Of a stretch of DNA of 64,000 nt, positions 11,385 to 25,409 are shown in pieces; within the stretch, counting starts at the first letter, position 1, and the number at the start of each line of letters is the position of its first letter. Location: contig JAXLNO010000481.1 of assembly GCA_038087875.1 (NCBI GenBank), positions 1 to 64,000 of the forward strand. The letters run 5' to 3'. The stretch comes from Malacoraja senta. Taxonomy: Eukaryota. A program made the translations under genes and the position numbers. Below the pieces are notes generated by a model. That model saw nothing but the letters and a program-made list of their open reading frames with translations, was not told the origin of the DNA and searched no databases.

Positions 11385-12646
11385 TATATAAAACTCTCTG
11401 GCTGTCGTCCGACTGTACGTCCGACGGTCTGCTTGACTTTGCCGCGCGGCCTTTGATACGGCCCGACGCCCACGCGGCGCGCGGAAAGGCCGATATTTTT
11501 TACCGTTTCTAAAGAGGTTACGTTTATCTTTACATAAACCCACTCCTGATTAAATTCTGACCTGTTTATGTACACGTTTTTAAAATAAAATACCTCTCCC
11601 CCCCAAACCAAATATTTCAAAATGTTTAAAAAAACAGCTCAGCCATAGAATGTTACTAAAGATTCCGTGTGTGATGTCACAATGTACAATGGTCACAGAT
11701 GTCCAATCGGAATGGATCCATTTACATATGCCTTTGCAGCAGCCCCAGCCCCAGCCCCTCCCCCCCAACCCCCGCAGCATTGGGCATTGTGACATCACAA
11801 AACAGAACCTTCATTTACATTCTATTGCTGAGAGCTGTTTGTTTAACATTATGAAATGTCCCCATTCCCTATCCCCCCCACACACGTGGCGACGCCCTGC
11901 GACACGTGTGACAAATCAAAATGAATCCGTTTACATATGCCTTTGCAGCAGCCCCAGCCCAAGCCCCTCCCCCCCAACCCCACAGCCTGTGATTATGTTT
12001 ATCTTTACGAATAGACAACCCTGATTAAATTTGGTCGTTTTTATGTACACTTTTAAAAATAAAATACTTCTCCCCCCCCACTCCCAAACATTTCAAAATG
12101 ATTAAAAAAACAGCTCAGCCATAGAATGTTAGTAAAGATTCCGTTGTGTGATGTCACAATGCCCGATGCTAACAGATGTCCAATGGGAATGGATTCATTT
12201 AGATATGCCTTGGCAGCAGCCCCAGCCCCAGCCCCTCCCCCCCAACCCCGCAGCCCCATTCCCTATCACCCCCACCAACCCGAGGATTGGGGGTGATAGG
12301 GAATGGGTAACAGATGGACTGTCCCTACCCCTCCTACTTCAACTCTCCCTCCCCACTCTTCCCCCTCTCTCCTCTCCCCCTCGCGTTGGGAAAACAGCCC
12401 GCCAACAGTCTCTCTGTCTTTAAGACGGAACTGCAGATGCTGGAAAATCGAAGGTACACAAAAAAAACTGTATATCATCAGCGGGTTCAGCAGCATCTAT
12501 GGATCAAAGTAAATATGCAACGTTTCGGTAGAAAACCATTTTGAGGATGGGCTTCGACCCAAAGCGTTGCCTATTTCCTTCGCTCCATAGATGCTGCTGC
12601 ACCCGCTGTGTTTCTCCAGCTTTTTTTTGTGTACCAGTCTCTCTCT
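11381..12646 (+). mobile_element. Helitron 5' segment without 3' terminus (second copy ~15446-16712), a diverged, internally deleted relative of 1776-3515
   Basis: CTATTATATAAAACTCTCTGGCTGTCGTCC start and collinear similarity to 1776-3515. Confidence 0.7.
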
Positions 12647-13965
12647 TTCTATGTTTCTATCTCCTTCAGAAACCCCCCTCCCTCCCCCCCTTTTGAGTCA
12701 GGGCAAATTTCAGCATCTGACCATAGAGCACAGAACAGGTCCATGGGTCCACCTCATTCATGCGACCTATCTGTTAGTCCAATTGTCCACATATTGCCCA
12801 TATTACACTAAAGCTTTATTATCCATGCACCTGTCCGAGGGTATTTTAAACGTAGTTATTGTATCTCCCTCAACTATCTTCTCTGGCAGCTCGTTCCATA
12901 CTTCCACCGCACTCAATGAAATGGTTGCCCCTCATGTTCTTATTAAACATTTCCCCCGTCATCTTAAATGTATGTCCTCTGGTTCTTGCTTCCCCAATTG
13001 TGGATCAAATAAGTTGTGAATTTACCCTAACAACTCCCATCATAACCTTAAGCCTTCTTTACCACCCTATCTACCTGTGACTCCACTTTCAGGGAACTTT
13101 GTGTCATTCACTGTGTTGGTCCTGTCCAGTTTGTTTCCCATAATGCAACCATGTATTGACGATAGGGAAGAACCTTCCCTTTTATGAGCCAGGAAATGAG
13201 CCTTGCCTGTACAAAATACATTCTCCTCAAGCTCCCCACTTATTTCCACTTCATCCTCAATCTCATGGTCATAAATTCATGTCATGGAACAGAATGAGGC
13301 AATTCGGCCCATCGACTATTCATGGTTGATATATCGTTCCCAATCAACCCTATTCTCCTGCCTTCTCCTCTAAACATTTGACCAACTTCTGTAAGTCTCC
13401 ACTTTAAAAATACCATCATCTTGGAGATACCAATGTCCTCAGCCTTTGTGGCAATGAATTCGACAGATTCACCACCCTCTGGCTCAATAAATCCTCCTCA
13501 GCTTCTTTCTAAAGGTATGTCTCTTTACTCTGAGGCTGTGCCCACTGGTCCTATACTCTTTCAATACTGGAAACATCCTCTCCACATCCACTCTATCTAG
13601 GCCTCTCATTATTAGGGTAAGTTTCCATGTGATCTCCCCCTCATCTTTCTAAACTCCAGTGAGTACAGGCCCGATCTCCAGTCACCCATTCCCTCCTTAA
13701 CGGCCGTTTATTTCTCCTACACTTACTGGTTTCATACATTTCTACTTGTCCTTTCTCCTCTCCATGACTCTCCGCCCCTCACTCTGAATCTCTACCCTCT
13801 CCGCAACGCTCCAACTCCACTCTCCCTGGGGTATTCTCCTCCCCCCCACTCCAGTCCCCCTCCTCCCCCACTCTACACTCTTTGCTCCTCCACTCCAGAC
13901 CCTCTCTTCTCATGTTCTCCTCCCTAACCCACCCCCTACTGCTCCAATGATCCCTCCATCGATAC

Positions 13966-14058
13966 CTGAGCTTGAATCTTGTTTTGGGACGGTGGACAAA
14001 TCCTCCTGGGGTTGGGCTGTTGTTTCCTGGGTTTCATCAGGTGGTTCGGAGTCTGGAT
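13966..14058 (-). CDS. Exon A2 (93 nt): DPDSEPPDETQETTAQPQEDLSTVPKQDSSS
   Basis: Conserved AG/GT, open frame. Confidence 0.78.
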
Positions 14059-15373
14059 CTGTAATAAAGTGTGGACAGACAGTGGGTGTAGTGGGGAAAT
14101 AATCCAGCAGCTCTGAAGTGCACGGAAATGAGCCTTGTCTGGTGTTTCAGTGGGAGAGCATTTTGTGAACAATGATCACAGTTTTAAGAGAGTTATGAAT
14201 ACACAATGGACAATAGACAATAGGTGCAGGGGTAGGCCATTTGGCCCTTTGAGCCAGCACCACCATTCAATGTGATCATGGCTGATCATCCCCAATCAGT
14301 ACCCCGTTCCTGCTTTCTCCCCATATCCTCTGACTCCGCTATCTTTAAGAGCCCTATTGAAGGCATCCAGTGAACCTGCCTCCACCGCCCTCTGAGGCAG
14401 TGAATTCCACAGACTCACCCACTCTCTGTGAGAAAAAGTGTTTCCTCGTCTCCGTTCTAAATGGCTTACTCCTTATTCTTAAACTGTGGCCCTGGTTCTG
14501 GACTCCCCCAACATCGGGAACATGTTTCCTGTCTCTAGCGTGTCCAATCCCTTAACAATCTTATGTGTTTCAATGAGATGCCCTCTCATCCTTCTAAACT
14601 CCAGAGTGTACAAGCCCAGCTGCTTCACTCTCTCAGCATATGACAGTCCCGCCATCCCGGGAATTAACCTTGTAAACCTACGCTGCACTCCCTCAATAGC
14701 AAGAATGTCCTTCCTCAAATTAGGGGACCAAAACTGCACACAATACTCCAGGTGTGGTCTCACTAGGGCTCTGTACAACTGCAGAAGGACCTCTTTGCTC
14801 CTATATTCGATCCCTCTTGTTATAAAGGCCAACATGCCATTCGCTTTCTTCACTGCCTGCTGTACCTGCATGCTTACTTTCATAGACTGATGTACAAGGA
14901 CCCCCAGATCCCGTTGTACTGCCCCTTTTCCCAACTTGATGCCATTTAGATAGTAATCTGTCTTCCTGTTGTTGCTACCAAAGTGGATAACCTCACATTT
15001 ATCCACATTAAACTGCATCTGCCTTGCATCGGCCCACTTCCCCAACCTGTCAACCATGCATTCTCGTAGCATCCTCCTCACAGTACACACTGCCACCCAG
15101 CTTTGTGTCATCTGCAAATTTGCTAATGTTACTTTGAATCCCTTCATCCAAATCATTGATGTATATTGTAAATAGCTGCGGTCCCAGCACAGAGCCTTGC
15201 GGTACCCCACTAGTCACTGCCTGCCATTCTGAAAGGGACCCGATAATCCCTACTCTTTGTTTCCTGTCTGCCAACCACTTCTCTATTCATGTCAGCACTC
15301 TAACAGGTGTGTCTGGACCTTGAGGGAAGTATTAAATTGGGGCAAGGTACATTACAGCATTATTAGACTGACA

Positions 15374-15449
<76 letters not shown>

Positions 15450-18029
15450 TATATAAAACTCTCTGGCTGTCGTCCGACTGTACGTCCGACGGTCTGCTTG
15501 ACTTTGCCGCGCGGCCTTTGATACGGCCCGACGCCCACGCGGCGCGCGGAAAGGCCGATATTTTTTACCGTTTCTAAAGAGGTTACGTTTATCTTTACAT
15601 AAACCCACTCCTGATTAAATTCTGACCTGTTTATGTACACGTTTTTAAAATAAAATACCTCTCCCCCCCCCAAACCAAATATTTCAAAATGTTTAAAAAA
15701 ACAGCTCAGCCATAGAATGTTACTAAAGATTCCGTGTGTGATGTCACAATGTACAATGGTCACAGATGTCCAATCGGAATGGATCCATTTACATATGCCT
15801 TTGCAGCAGCCCCAGCCCCAGCCCCTCCCCCCCAACCCCCGCAGCATTGGGCATTGTGACATCACAAAACAGAACCTTCATTTACATTCTATTGCTGAGA
15901 GCTGTTTGTTTAACATTATGAAATGTCCCCATTCACTATCCCCCCCACACACGTGGCGACGCCCTGCGACACGTGTGACAAATCAAAATGAATCCGTTTA
16001 CATATGCCTTTGCAGCAGCCCCAGCCCAAGCCCCTCCCCCCCAACCCCACAGCCTGTGATTATGTTTATCTTTACGAATAGACAACCCTGATTAAATTTG
16101 GTCGTTTTTATGTACACTTTTAAAAATAAAATACTTCTCCCCCCCACTCCCAAACATTTCAAAATGATTAAAAAAACAGCTCAGCCATAGAATGTTAGTA
16201 AAGATTCCGTTGTGTGATGTCACAATGCCCGATGCTAACAGATGTCCAATGGGAATGGATTCATTTAGATATGCCTTGGCAGCAGCCCCAGCCCCAGCCC
16301 CTCCCCCCCAACCCCGCAGCCCCATTCCCTATCACCCCCACCAACCCGAGGATTGGGGGTGATAGGGAATGGGTAACAGATGGACTGTCCCTACCCCTCC
16401 TACTTCAACTCTCCCTCCCCACTCTTCCCCCTCTCTCCTCTCCCCCTCGCGTTGGGAAAACAGCCCGCCAACAGTCTCTCTGTCTTTAAGACGGAACTGC
16501 AGATGCTGGAAAATCGAAGGTACACAAAAAAAACTGTATATCATCAGCGGGTTCAGCAGCATCTATGGATCAAAGTAAATATGCAACGTTTCGGTAGAAA
16601 ACCATTTTGAGGATGGGCTTCGACCCAAAGCGTTGCCTATTTCCTTCGCTCCATAGATGCTGCTGCACCCGCTGTGTTTCTCCAGCTTTTTTTTGTGTAC
16701 CAGTCTCTCTCTTTCTATGTTTCTATCTCCTTCAGAAACCCCCCTCCCTCCCCCCCTTTTGAGTCAGGGCAAATTTCAGCATCTGACCATAGAGCACAGA
16801 ACAGGTCCATGGGTCCACCTCATTCATGCGACCTATCTGTTAGTCCAATTGTCCACATATTGCCCATATTACACTAAAGCTTTATTATCCATGCACCTGT
16901 CCGAGGGTATTTTAAACGTAGTTATTGTATCTCCCTCAACTATCTTCTCTGGCAGCTCGTTCCATACTTCCACCGCACTCAATGAAATGGTTGCCCCTCA
17001 TGTTCTTATTAAACATTTCCCCCGTCATCTTAAATGTATGTCCTCTGGTTCTTGCTTCCCCAATTGTGGATCAAATAAGTTGTGAATTTACCCTAACAAC
17101 TCCCATCATAACCTTAAGCCTTCTTTACCACCCTATCTACCTGTGACTCCACTTTCAGGGAACTTTGTGTCATTCACTGTGTTGGTCCTGTCCAGTTTGT
17201 TTCCCATAATGCAACCATGTATTGACGATAGGGAAGAACCTTCCCTTTTATGAGCCAGGAAATGAGCCTTGCCTGTACAAAATACATTCTCCTCAAGCTC
17301 CCCACTTATTTCCACTTCATCCTCAATCTCATGGTCATAAATTCATGTCATGGAACAGAATGAGGCAATTCGGCCCATCGACTATTCATGGTTGATATAT
17401 CGTTCCCAATCAACCCTATTCTCCTGCCTTCTCCTCTAAACATTTGACCAACTTCTGTAAGTCTCCACTTTAAAAATACCATCATCTTGGAGATACCAAT
17501 GTCCTCAGCCTTTGTGGCAATGAATTCGACAGATTCACCACCCTCTGGCTCAATAAATCCTCCTCAGCTTCTTTCTAAAGGTATGTCTCTTTACTCTGAG
17601 GCTGTGCCCACTGGTCCTATACTCTTTCAATACTGGAAACATCCTCTCCACTTCCACTATCTAGGCCTCTCATTATTAGGGTAAGTTTCCATGTGATCTC
17701 CCCCTCATCTTTCTAAACTCCAGTGAGTACAGGCCCGATCTCCAGTCACCCATTCCCTCCTTAACGGCCGTTTATTTCTCCTACACTTACTGGTTTCATA
17801 CATTTCTACTTGTCCTTTCTCCTCTCCATGACTCTCCGCCCCTCACTCTGAATCTCTACCCTCTCCGCAACGCTCCAACTCCACTCTCCCTGGGGTATTC
17901 TCCTCCCCCCCACTCCAGTCCCCCTCCTCCCCCACTCTACACTCTTTGCTCCTCCACTCCAGACCCTCTCTTCTCATGTTCTCCTCCCTAACCCACCCCC
18001 TACTGCTCCAATGATCCCTCCATCGATAC

Positions 18030-18122
18030 CTGAGCTTGAATCTTGTTTTGGGACGGTGGACAAATCCTCCTGGGGTTGGGCTGTTGTTTCCTGGGTTTCA
18101 TCAGGTGGTTCGGAGTCTGGAT
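18030..18122 (-). CDS. Exon A3 (93 nt): DPDSEPPDETQETTAQPQEDLSTVPKQDSSS
   Basis: Conserved AG/GT, open frame. Confidence 0.8.
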
Positions 18123-20054
18123 CTGTAATAAAGTGTGGACAGACAGTGGGTGTAGTGGGCAAATAATCCAGCAGCTCTGAAGTGCATGGAAATAAGCCTT
18201 GCCTGGTGTTTCAGTGGGAGAGCATTTTGTGAACAATGATCACAGTTTTAAGAGAGTTATGAATACACAATGGACAATAGACAATAGGTGCAGGAGTAGG
18301 CCATTTGGCCCTTTGAGCCAGCACCACCATTCAATGTGATCATCGCTGATCATCCCCAATCAGTACCCCGTTCCTGCTTTCTCCCAATATCCCCTGACCG
18401 CTATTTTTAAGAGCCCTATTGAAAGCTTCCAGAGAACCTGCCTCCACCGCCCTCTGAGGCAGTGAATTCCATAGACTCACCCACTCTCTGTGAGAAAAAG
18501 TGTTTCCTCGTCTCTGTTCTAAATGGCTTACTCCTTATTCTTAAACTGTGGCCCTGGTTCTGGACTCCCCCAATATCGGGAACATGTTTCCTGCCTCTAG
18601 CGTGTCCAAACCCTTAACAATCTTATATGTTTCAATGAGATAACCTCTCATCCTTCTAAACTCCAGAGTGTACAAGCCCAGCTGCATCATTCTCTCAGCA
18701 TATGACAGTCCCGCCATCCCGGGAATTAACCTTGTAAACCTACGCTGCACTCCCTCAATAGCAAGAATGTCCTTCCACAAATTAGGGGACCAAAACTGCA
18801 CACAATACTCCAGGTGTGGTCTCACTAGGGCTCTGTACAACTGTAGAAGGACCTCTTTGCTCCTATATTCGATCCCACTTGTTATAAAGGCCAACATGCC
18901 ATTCGGTTTCTTCACTGCCTGCTGTACCTGCATGCTTACTTTCATAGACTGATGTACAAGGACTACCAGATCCCGTTGTACTTCCCCTTTTCCCAATTTG
19001 ACGCCATTTAGATAGTAATCTGCCTTCCTGTTTTTGCTACCAAAGTGGATAACCTCACATTTATCCACATTAAACTTCATCTGCCATGCATCTGCCCACT
19101 CCCCCAACCTGTCCAAGCCACCCTGCATTCACATAGCATCCTCCTCACAGTTCACACTGCCACCCAGCTTTGTGTCATCTGCATATTTGCTAATGTTACT
19201 CTGAATCCCTTCATCCAAATCATTGATGTATATTGTAAATAGCTGCGGTCCCAGCACAGAGCCTTGCGGTACCCCACTAGTCACTGCCTGCCATTCTGAA
19301 AGGGACCCGATAATCCCTACTCTCTGTTTCCTGTCTGCCAACCACTTCTCTATCCATGTCAGCACTCTAACAGGTGTGTCTGGACCTTGGGGGAAGTATT
19401 AAATTGGGGCAAGGTACATTACAGCATTATTAGACTGACACTAGGGAGACTAAAATGGGGGCAGCTTTTATTAGGTAAGCTCACATCTGACGTTGGAGTT
19501 TCGCTGGGATATGTCCATGTTCTCTGGAGATGCTGCTTGACCTGCTGTGTTAGTCCAGCACTTTGTGTCTTTTGTATATGTGTAGAGATGATAAATTTGG
19601 TGAAGGTGCAGATGGTGAGGAAGGTTGTCAAAGTGTTCAGTGGCCTGTAGATTTGCTACAGAAATGGGCAGAGAATGAGCTGATGGCGTTCAATCCGAGT
19701 AAGTGTGAGGTGTTGCCGTTTGGAAGGCCGTATATAAGGAGAAATGATGGTTAATAGCGAGACCCTTGAGACCATTGATGTGCAGAGGGATTTTGGAGTC
19801 CAAGTCCATAACAACCTGAAAGTGGCAATGATAGAAAGGCATATGGTTTGTTGCCTTCATCGGTCAGGGCTTTGAGAATCACAGGTAGTGGCTGTCAAGG
19901 AGTTTTTTGTTTAGGCAAGTGGACATGCAATGAATGGAGGGATATGGATTAGGTGCAGGCAGAGGAGATATGTTTAACGGCATTATCTGCGGCACGGATA
20001 TTGTGGGACAATGTGCTTGTTCCTGTGCTGTGCTGTTCTCCCCACCACTGATAC

Positions 20055-20150
20055 CTGAGCTTGCTGACCCTGCTGGATCATTGGTCGAACCCTGACCAGA
20101 GTCTCTACTCGTTGCTCCCTGGGGTTCCTGAGTTGTGCCCAACGGTGGAT
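20055..20150 (-). CDS. Exon B1 (96 nt): DPPLGTTQEPQGATSRDSGQGSTNDPAGSASS
   Basis: CTCCATTCTCTTCTTCCAG|ATCCA ... GCTCAG|GTATCA; strong pyrimidine tract; symmetric. Confidence 0.82.
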
Positions 20151-21294
20151 CTGGAAGAAGAGAATGGAGGTGGGATAGGGAGGGTGAGAGATGAAAACAT
20201 AATGATCAGCTGATCAGGTGGGAAATCGGCTGCAGAGACAAAGAGTCCGTGCTAACACCACAACATACCAAGGGTCACAGGTCACACGTTTCACCTTCAA
20301 CATTACAAACTCCTCGAACACGGTCTATGCCTCACTCCCTTGTAAAGCCATGCTTTTGTAGAGAACTCTCACTCTCTCTCTCTGACACTCTCTCTCTGAC
20401 TCTCTCTCTGTAACTCTCTCTCTCTCTGACTCTCTCTAACTCCCTCTCTCTCTCTAACTCTCTCTAATTCTCTCTAATTCTCTCTCTGACTCTCTCTCTG
20501 ACTCCAGCATTCAGCCCCTGCCCCTATGGGTCAGTCTGTCTACAAAATACATTATCCTCAAGCTCCCCAATTATTTCCACTTCATCCTCAATCTCATGTC
20601 CATAAATTCATGTCATGGAACAGAATGAGGCAATTCGGCCCATCGACTATTCATGGCTGATATATCGTTCCCAATCAACCCTATTCTCCTGCCTTCTCCT
20701 CTAAACATTTGACCAACTTCTGTAAATCTCCACTTTAAAAATACCATCATCTTGGAGATATCAATGTCCTCAGCCTTTGTGGCAATGAATGCGACAGATT
20801 CACCACCCACTGGCTCAATAAATCCTCCTCAGCTTCTTTCTAAAGGTATGTCTCTTTACTCTGAGGCTGTGCCCACTGGTCCTATACTCTTTCAATACTG
20901 GAAACATCCTCTCCACTTCCACTATCTAGGCCTCTCATTATAGGGTAAGTTTCCATGTGATCTTCCCCTCATCTTTCTAAACTCCAGTGAGTACAGGCCC
21001 GATCTCCAGTCACCCATTCCCTCCTTAACGGTCGTTTATTTCTCCTAAACTTACTGGTTTCATACATCTCTACTTGTCCTTTCTCCTCTCTCCATGACTC
21101 TCCGCCCCTCATTCTGAATCTCTACCCTCTCCGCAACGCTCCAACTCCACTCTCCCTGGGGTATTCTCCTCCCCCCACTCCAGTCCCCCTCCTCCCCCAC
21201 TCTACACTCTCTGCTCCTCCACTCCAGACCCTCTCTTCTCATGTTCTCCTCCCTAACCCATCCCCTGCTGCTCCAATGGTCCCTCCATCGATAC

Positions 21295-21387
21295 CTGAGC
21301 TTGAATCTTGTTTTGGGACGGTGGACAAATCCTCCTGGGGTTGGGCTGTTGTTTCCTGGGTTTCATCAGGTGGTTCGGAGTCTGGAT
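21295..21387 (-). CDS. Exon A4 (93 nt): DPDSEPPDETQETTAQPQEDLSTVPKQDSSS
   Basis: Conserved AG/GT, open frame. Confidence 0.8.
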
Positions 21388-23319
21388 CTGTAATAAAGTG
21401 TGGACAGACAGTGGGTGTAGTGGGCAAATAATCCAGCAGCTCTGAAGTGCATGGAAATAAGCCTTGCCTGGTGTTTCAGTGGGAGAGCATTTTGTGAACA
21501 ATGATCACAGTTTTAAGAGAGTTATGAATACACAATGGACAATAGACAATAGGTGCAGGAGTAGGCCATTTGGCCCTTTGAGCCAGCACCACCATTCAAT
21601 GTGATCATCGCTGATCATCCCCAATCAGTACCCCGTTCCTGCTTTCTCCCAATATCCCCTGACCGCTATTTTTAAGAGCCCTATTGAAAGCTTCCAGAGA
21701 ACCTGCCTCCACCGCCCTCTGAGGCAGTGAATTCCATAGACTCACCCACTCTCTGTGAGAAAAAGTGTTTCCTCGTCTCTGTTCTAAATGGCTTACTCCT
21801 TATTCTTAAACTGTGGCCCTGGTTCTGGACTCCCCCAATATCGGGAACATGTTTCCTGCCTCTAGCGTGTCCAAACCCTTAACAATCTTATATGTTTCAA
21901 TGAGATAACCTCTCATCCTTCTAAACTCCAGAGTGTACAAGCCCAGCTGCATCATTCTCTCAGCATATGACAGTCCCGCCATCCCGGGAATTAACCTTGT
22001 AAACCTACGCTGCACTCCCTCAATAGCAAGAATGTCCTTCCACAAATTAGGGGACCAAAACTGCACACAATACTCCAGGTGTGGTCTCACTAGGGCTCTG
22101 TACAACTGTAGAAGGACCTCTTTGCTCCTATATTCGATCCCACTTGTTATAAAGGCCAACATGCCATTCGGTTTCTTCACTGCCTGCTGTACCTGCATGC
22201 TTACTTTCATAGACTGATGTACAAGGACTACCAGATCCCGTTGTACTTCCCCTTTTCCCAATTTGACGCCATTTAGATAGTAATCTGCCTTCCTGTTTTT
22301 GCTACCAAAGTGGATAACCTCACATTTATCCACATTAAACTTCATCTGCCATGCATCTGCCCACTCCCCCAACCTGTCCAAGCCACCCTGCATTCACATA
22401 GCATCCTCCTCACAGTTCACACTGCCACCCAGCTTTGTGTCATCTGCATATTTGCTAATGTTACTCTGAATCCCTTCATCCAAATCATTGATGTATATTG
22501 TAAATAGCTGCGGTCCCAGCACAGAGCCTTGCGGTACCCCACTAGTCACTGCCTGCCATTCTGAAAGGGACCCGATAATCCCTACTCTCTGTTTCCTGTC
22601 TGCCAACCACTTCTCTATCCATGTCAGCACTCTAACAGGTGTGTCTGGACCTTGGGGGAAGTATTAAATTGGGGCAAGGTACATTACAGCATTATTAGAC
22701 TGACACTAGGGAGACTAAAATGGGGGCAGCTTTTATTAGGTAAGCTCACATCTGACGTTGGAGTTTCGCTGGGATATGTCCATGTTCTCTGGAGATGCTG
22801 CTTGACCTGCTGTGTTAGTCCAGCACTTTGTGTCTTTTGTATATGTGTAGAGATGATAAATTTGGTGAAGGTGCAGATGGTGAGGAAGGTTGTCAAAGTG
22901 TTCAGTGGCCTGTAGATTTGCTACAGAAATGGGCAGAGAATGAGCTGATGGCGTTCAATCCGAGTAAGTGTGAGGTGTTGCCGTTTGGAAGGCCGTATAT
23001 AAGGAGAAATGATGGTTAATAGCGAGACCCTTGAGACCATTGATGTGCAGAGGGATTTTGGAGTCCAAGTCCATAACAACCTGAAAGTGGCAATGATAGA
23101 AAGGCATATGGTTTGTTGCCTTCATCGGTCAGGGCTTTGAGAATCACAGGTAGTGGCTGTCAAGGAGTTTTTTGTTTAGGCAAGTGGACATGCAATGAAT
23201 GGAGGGATATGGATTAGGTGCAGGCAGAGGAGATATGTTTAACGGCATTATCTGCGGCACGGATATTGTGGGACAATGTGCTTGTTCCTGTGCTGTGCTG
23301 TTCTCCCCACCACTGATAC

Positions 23320-23415
23320 CTGAGCTTGCTGACCCTGCTGGATCATTGGTCGAACCCTGACCAGAGTCTCTACTCGTTGCTCCCTGGGGTTCCTGAGTTG
23401 TGCCCAACGGTGGAT
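23320..23415 (-). CDS. Exon B2 (96 nt), identical to B1
   Basis: Conserved AG/GT, open frame. Confidence 0.82.
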
Positions 23416-24561
23416 CTGGAAGAAGAGAATGGAGGTGGGATAGGGAGGGTGAGAGATGAAAACATAATGATCAGCTGATCAGGTGGGAAATCGGCTGCAG
23501 AGACAAAGAGTCCGTGCTAACACCACAACATACCAAGGGTCACAGGTCACACGTTTCACCTTCAACATTACAAACTCCTCGAACACGGTCTATGCCTCAC
23601 TCCCTTGTAAAGCCATGCTTTTGTAGAGAACTCTCACTCTCTCTCTCTGACACTCTCTCTCTGACTCTCTCTCTGTAACTCTCTCTCTCTCTGACTCTCT
23701 CTAACTCCCTCTCTCTCTCTAACTCTCTCTAATTCTCTCTAATTCTCTCTCTGACTCTCTCTCTGACTCCAGCATTCAGCCCCTGCCCCTATGGGTCAGT
23801 CTGTCTACAAAATACATTATCCTCAAGCTCCCCAATTATTTCCACTTCATCCTCAATCTCATGTCCATAAATTCATGTCATGGAACAGAATGAGGCAATT
23901 CGGCCCATCGACTATTCATGGTTGATATATCGTTCCCAATCAACCCTATTCTCCTGCCTTCTCCTCTAAACCTTTGACCAACTTCTGTAAATCTCCACTT
24001 TAAAAATACCATCATCTTGGAGATACCAATGTCCTCAGCCTTTGTGGCAATGAATGCGACAGATTCACCACCCTCTGGCTCAATAAATCCTCCACAGCTT
24101 CTTTCTAAAGGTATGTCTCTTTACTCTGAGGCTGTGCCCACTGGTCCTATACTCTTTCAATACTGGAAACATCCTCTCCACATCCACTCTATCTAGACCT
24201 CTCATTATAGGGTAAGTTTCCATGTGATCTCCCCCTCATCTTTCTAAACTCCAGTGAGTACAGGCCCGATCTCCAGTCACCCATTCCCTCCTTAACGGCC
24301 GTTTATTTCTCCTACACTTACTGGTTTCATACATCTCTACTTGTCCTTTCTCCTCTCTCCATGACTCTCCGCCCCTCACTCTGAATCTCTACCCTCTCCG
24401 CAACGCTCCATCTCCACTCTCCCTGGGGTATTCTCCTCCCCCCCACTCCAGTCCCCCTCCCCCCCACTCTACACTCTCTGCTCCTCAACTCCAGACCCTC
24501 TCTTCTCATGTTCTCCTCCCTAACCCATCCCCTACTGCTCCAATGATCCCTCCATCGATAC

Positions 24562-24654
24562 CTGAGCTTGAATCTTGTTCTGGGACGGTGGACAAATCCT
24601 CCTGGGGTTGGGCTGTTGTTTCCTGGGGTTCATCAGTTGGTACGGAGTGTGGAT
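24562..24654 (-). CDS. Exon A5 (93 nt): DPHSVPTDEPQETTAQPQEDLSTVPEQDSSS
   Basis: Conserved AG/GT, open frame. Confidence 0.8.
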
Positions 24655-25409
24655 CTGTAATAAAGTGTGGACAGACAGTGGGTGTAGTGGGGAAATAATC
24701 CAGCAGCTCTGAAGTGCACGGAAAAGAGCCTTGTCTGGTGTTTTAGTGGGAGAGCATTTTGTGAACAATGATCACAGTTTTAAGAGAGTTATGAATACAC
24801 AATGGACAATAGACAATAGGTGCAGGGGTAGGCCATTTGGCCCTTTGAGCCAGCACCACCATTCAATGTGATCATGGCTGATCATCCCCAATCAGTACCC
24901 CGTTCCTGATTTCTCCCCATATCCCCTGACTCCGCTATTTTTAAGAGCCCTATTGAAAGCATCCAGAGAACCTGCCTCCACCGCCCTCTGAGGCAGTGAA
25001 TTCCACAGACTCACCCACTCTCTGTGAGAAAAAGTGTTTCCTCGTCTCCGTTCTAAATGGCTTACTCCTTATTCGTAAACTGTGGCCCTGGTTCTGGACA
25101 CCCCAAACATCGGGAACATGTTTCCTGCCTCTAGCGTGTCCAAACCCTTAACAATCTTATATGTTTCAATAAGATAACCTCTCATCCTTCTAAACTCCAG
25201 AGTGTACAAGCCCAGCTGCTCCATTCTCTCAGCATATGACAGTCCCGCCATCCCGGGAATTAACCCTGTAAACCTACGCTGCACTCCCTCAATAGCAAGA
25301 ATGTCCTTCCTCAAATTAGGGGACCAAAACTGCACACAATACTCCAGGTGTGGTCTCACTAGGGCTCTGTACAACTGCAGAAGGACCTCTTTGCTCCTAT
25401 ATTCGATCC

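Larger units (their letters stand above)
8587..19443. repeat. Recent tandem duplication, period ~4.06 kb (segment starts ~8587, 12647, 16713), each with one exon A
   Basis: Near-identical sequence and ORFs recur at offsets of 4061-4066 bp. Confidence 0.95.
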
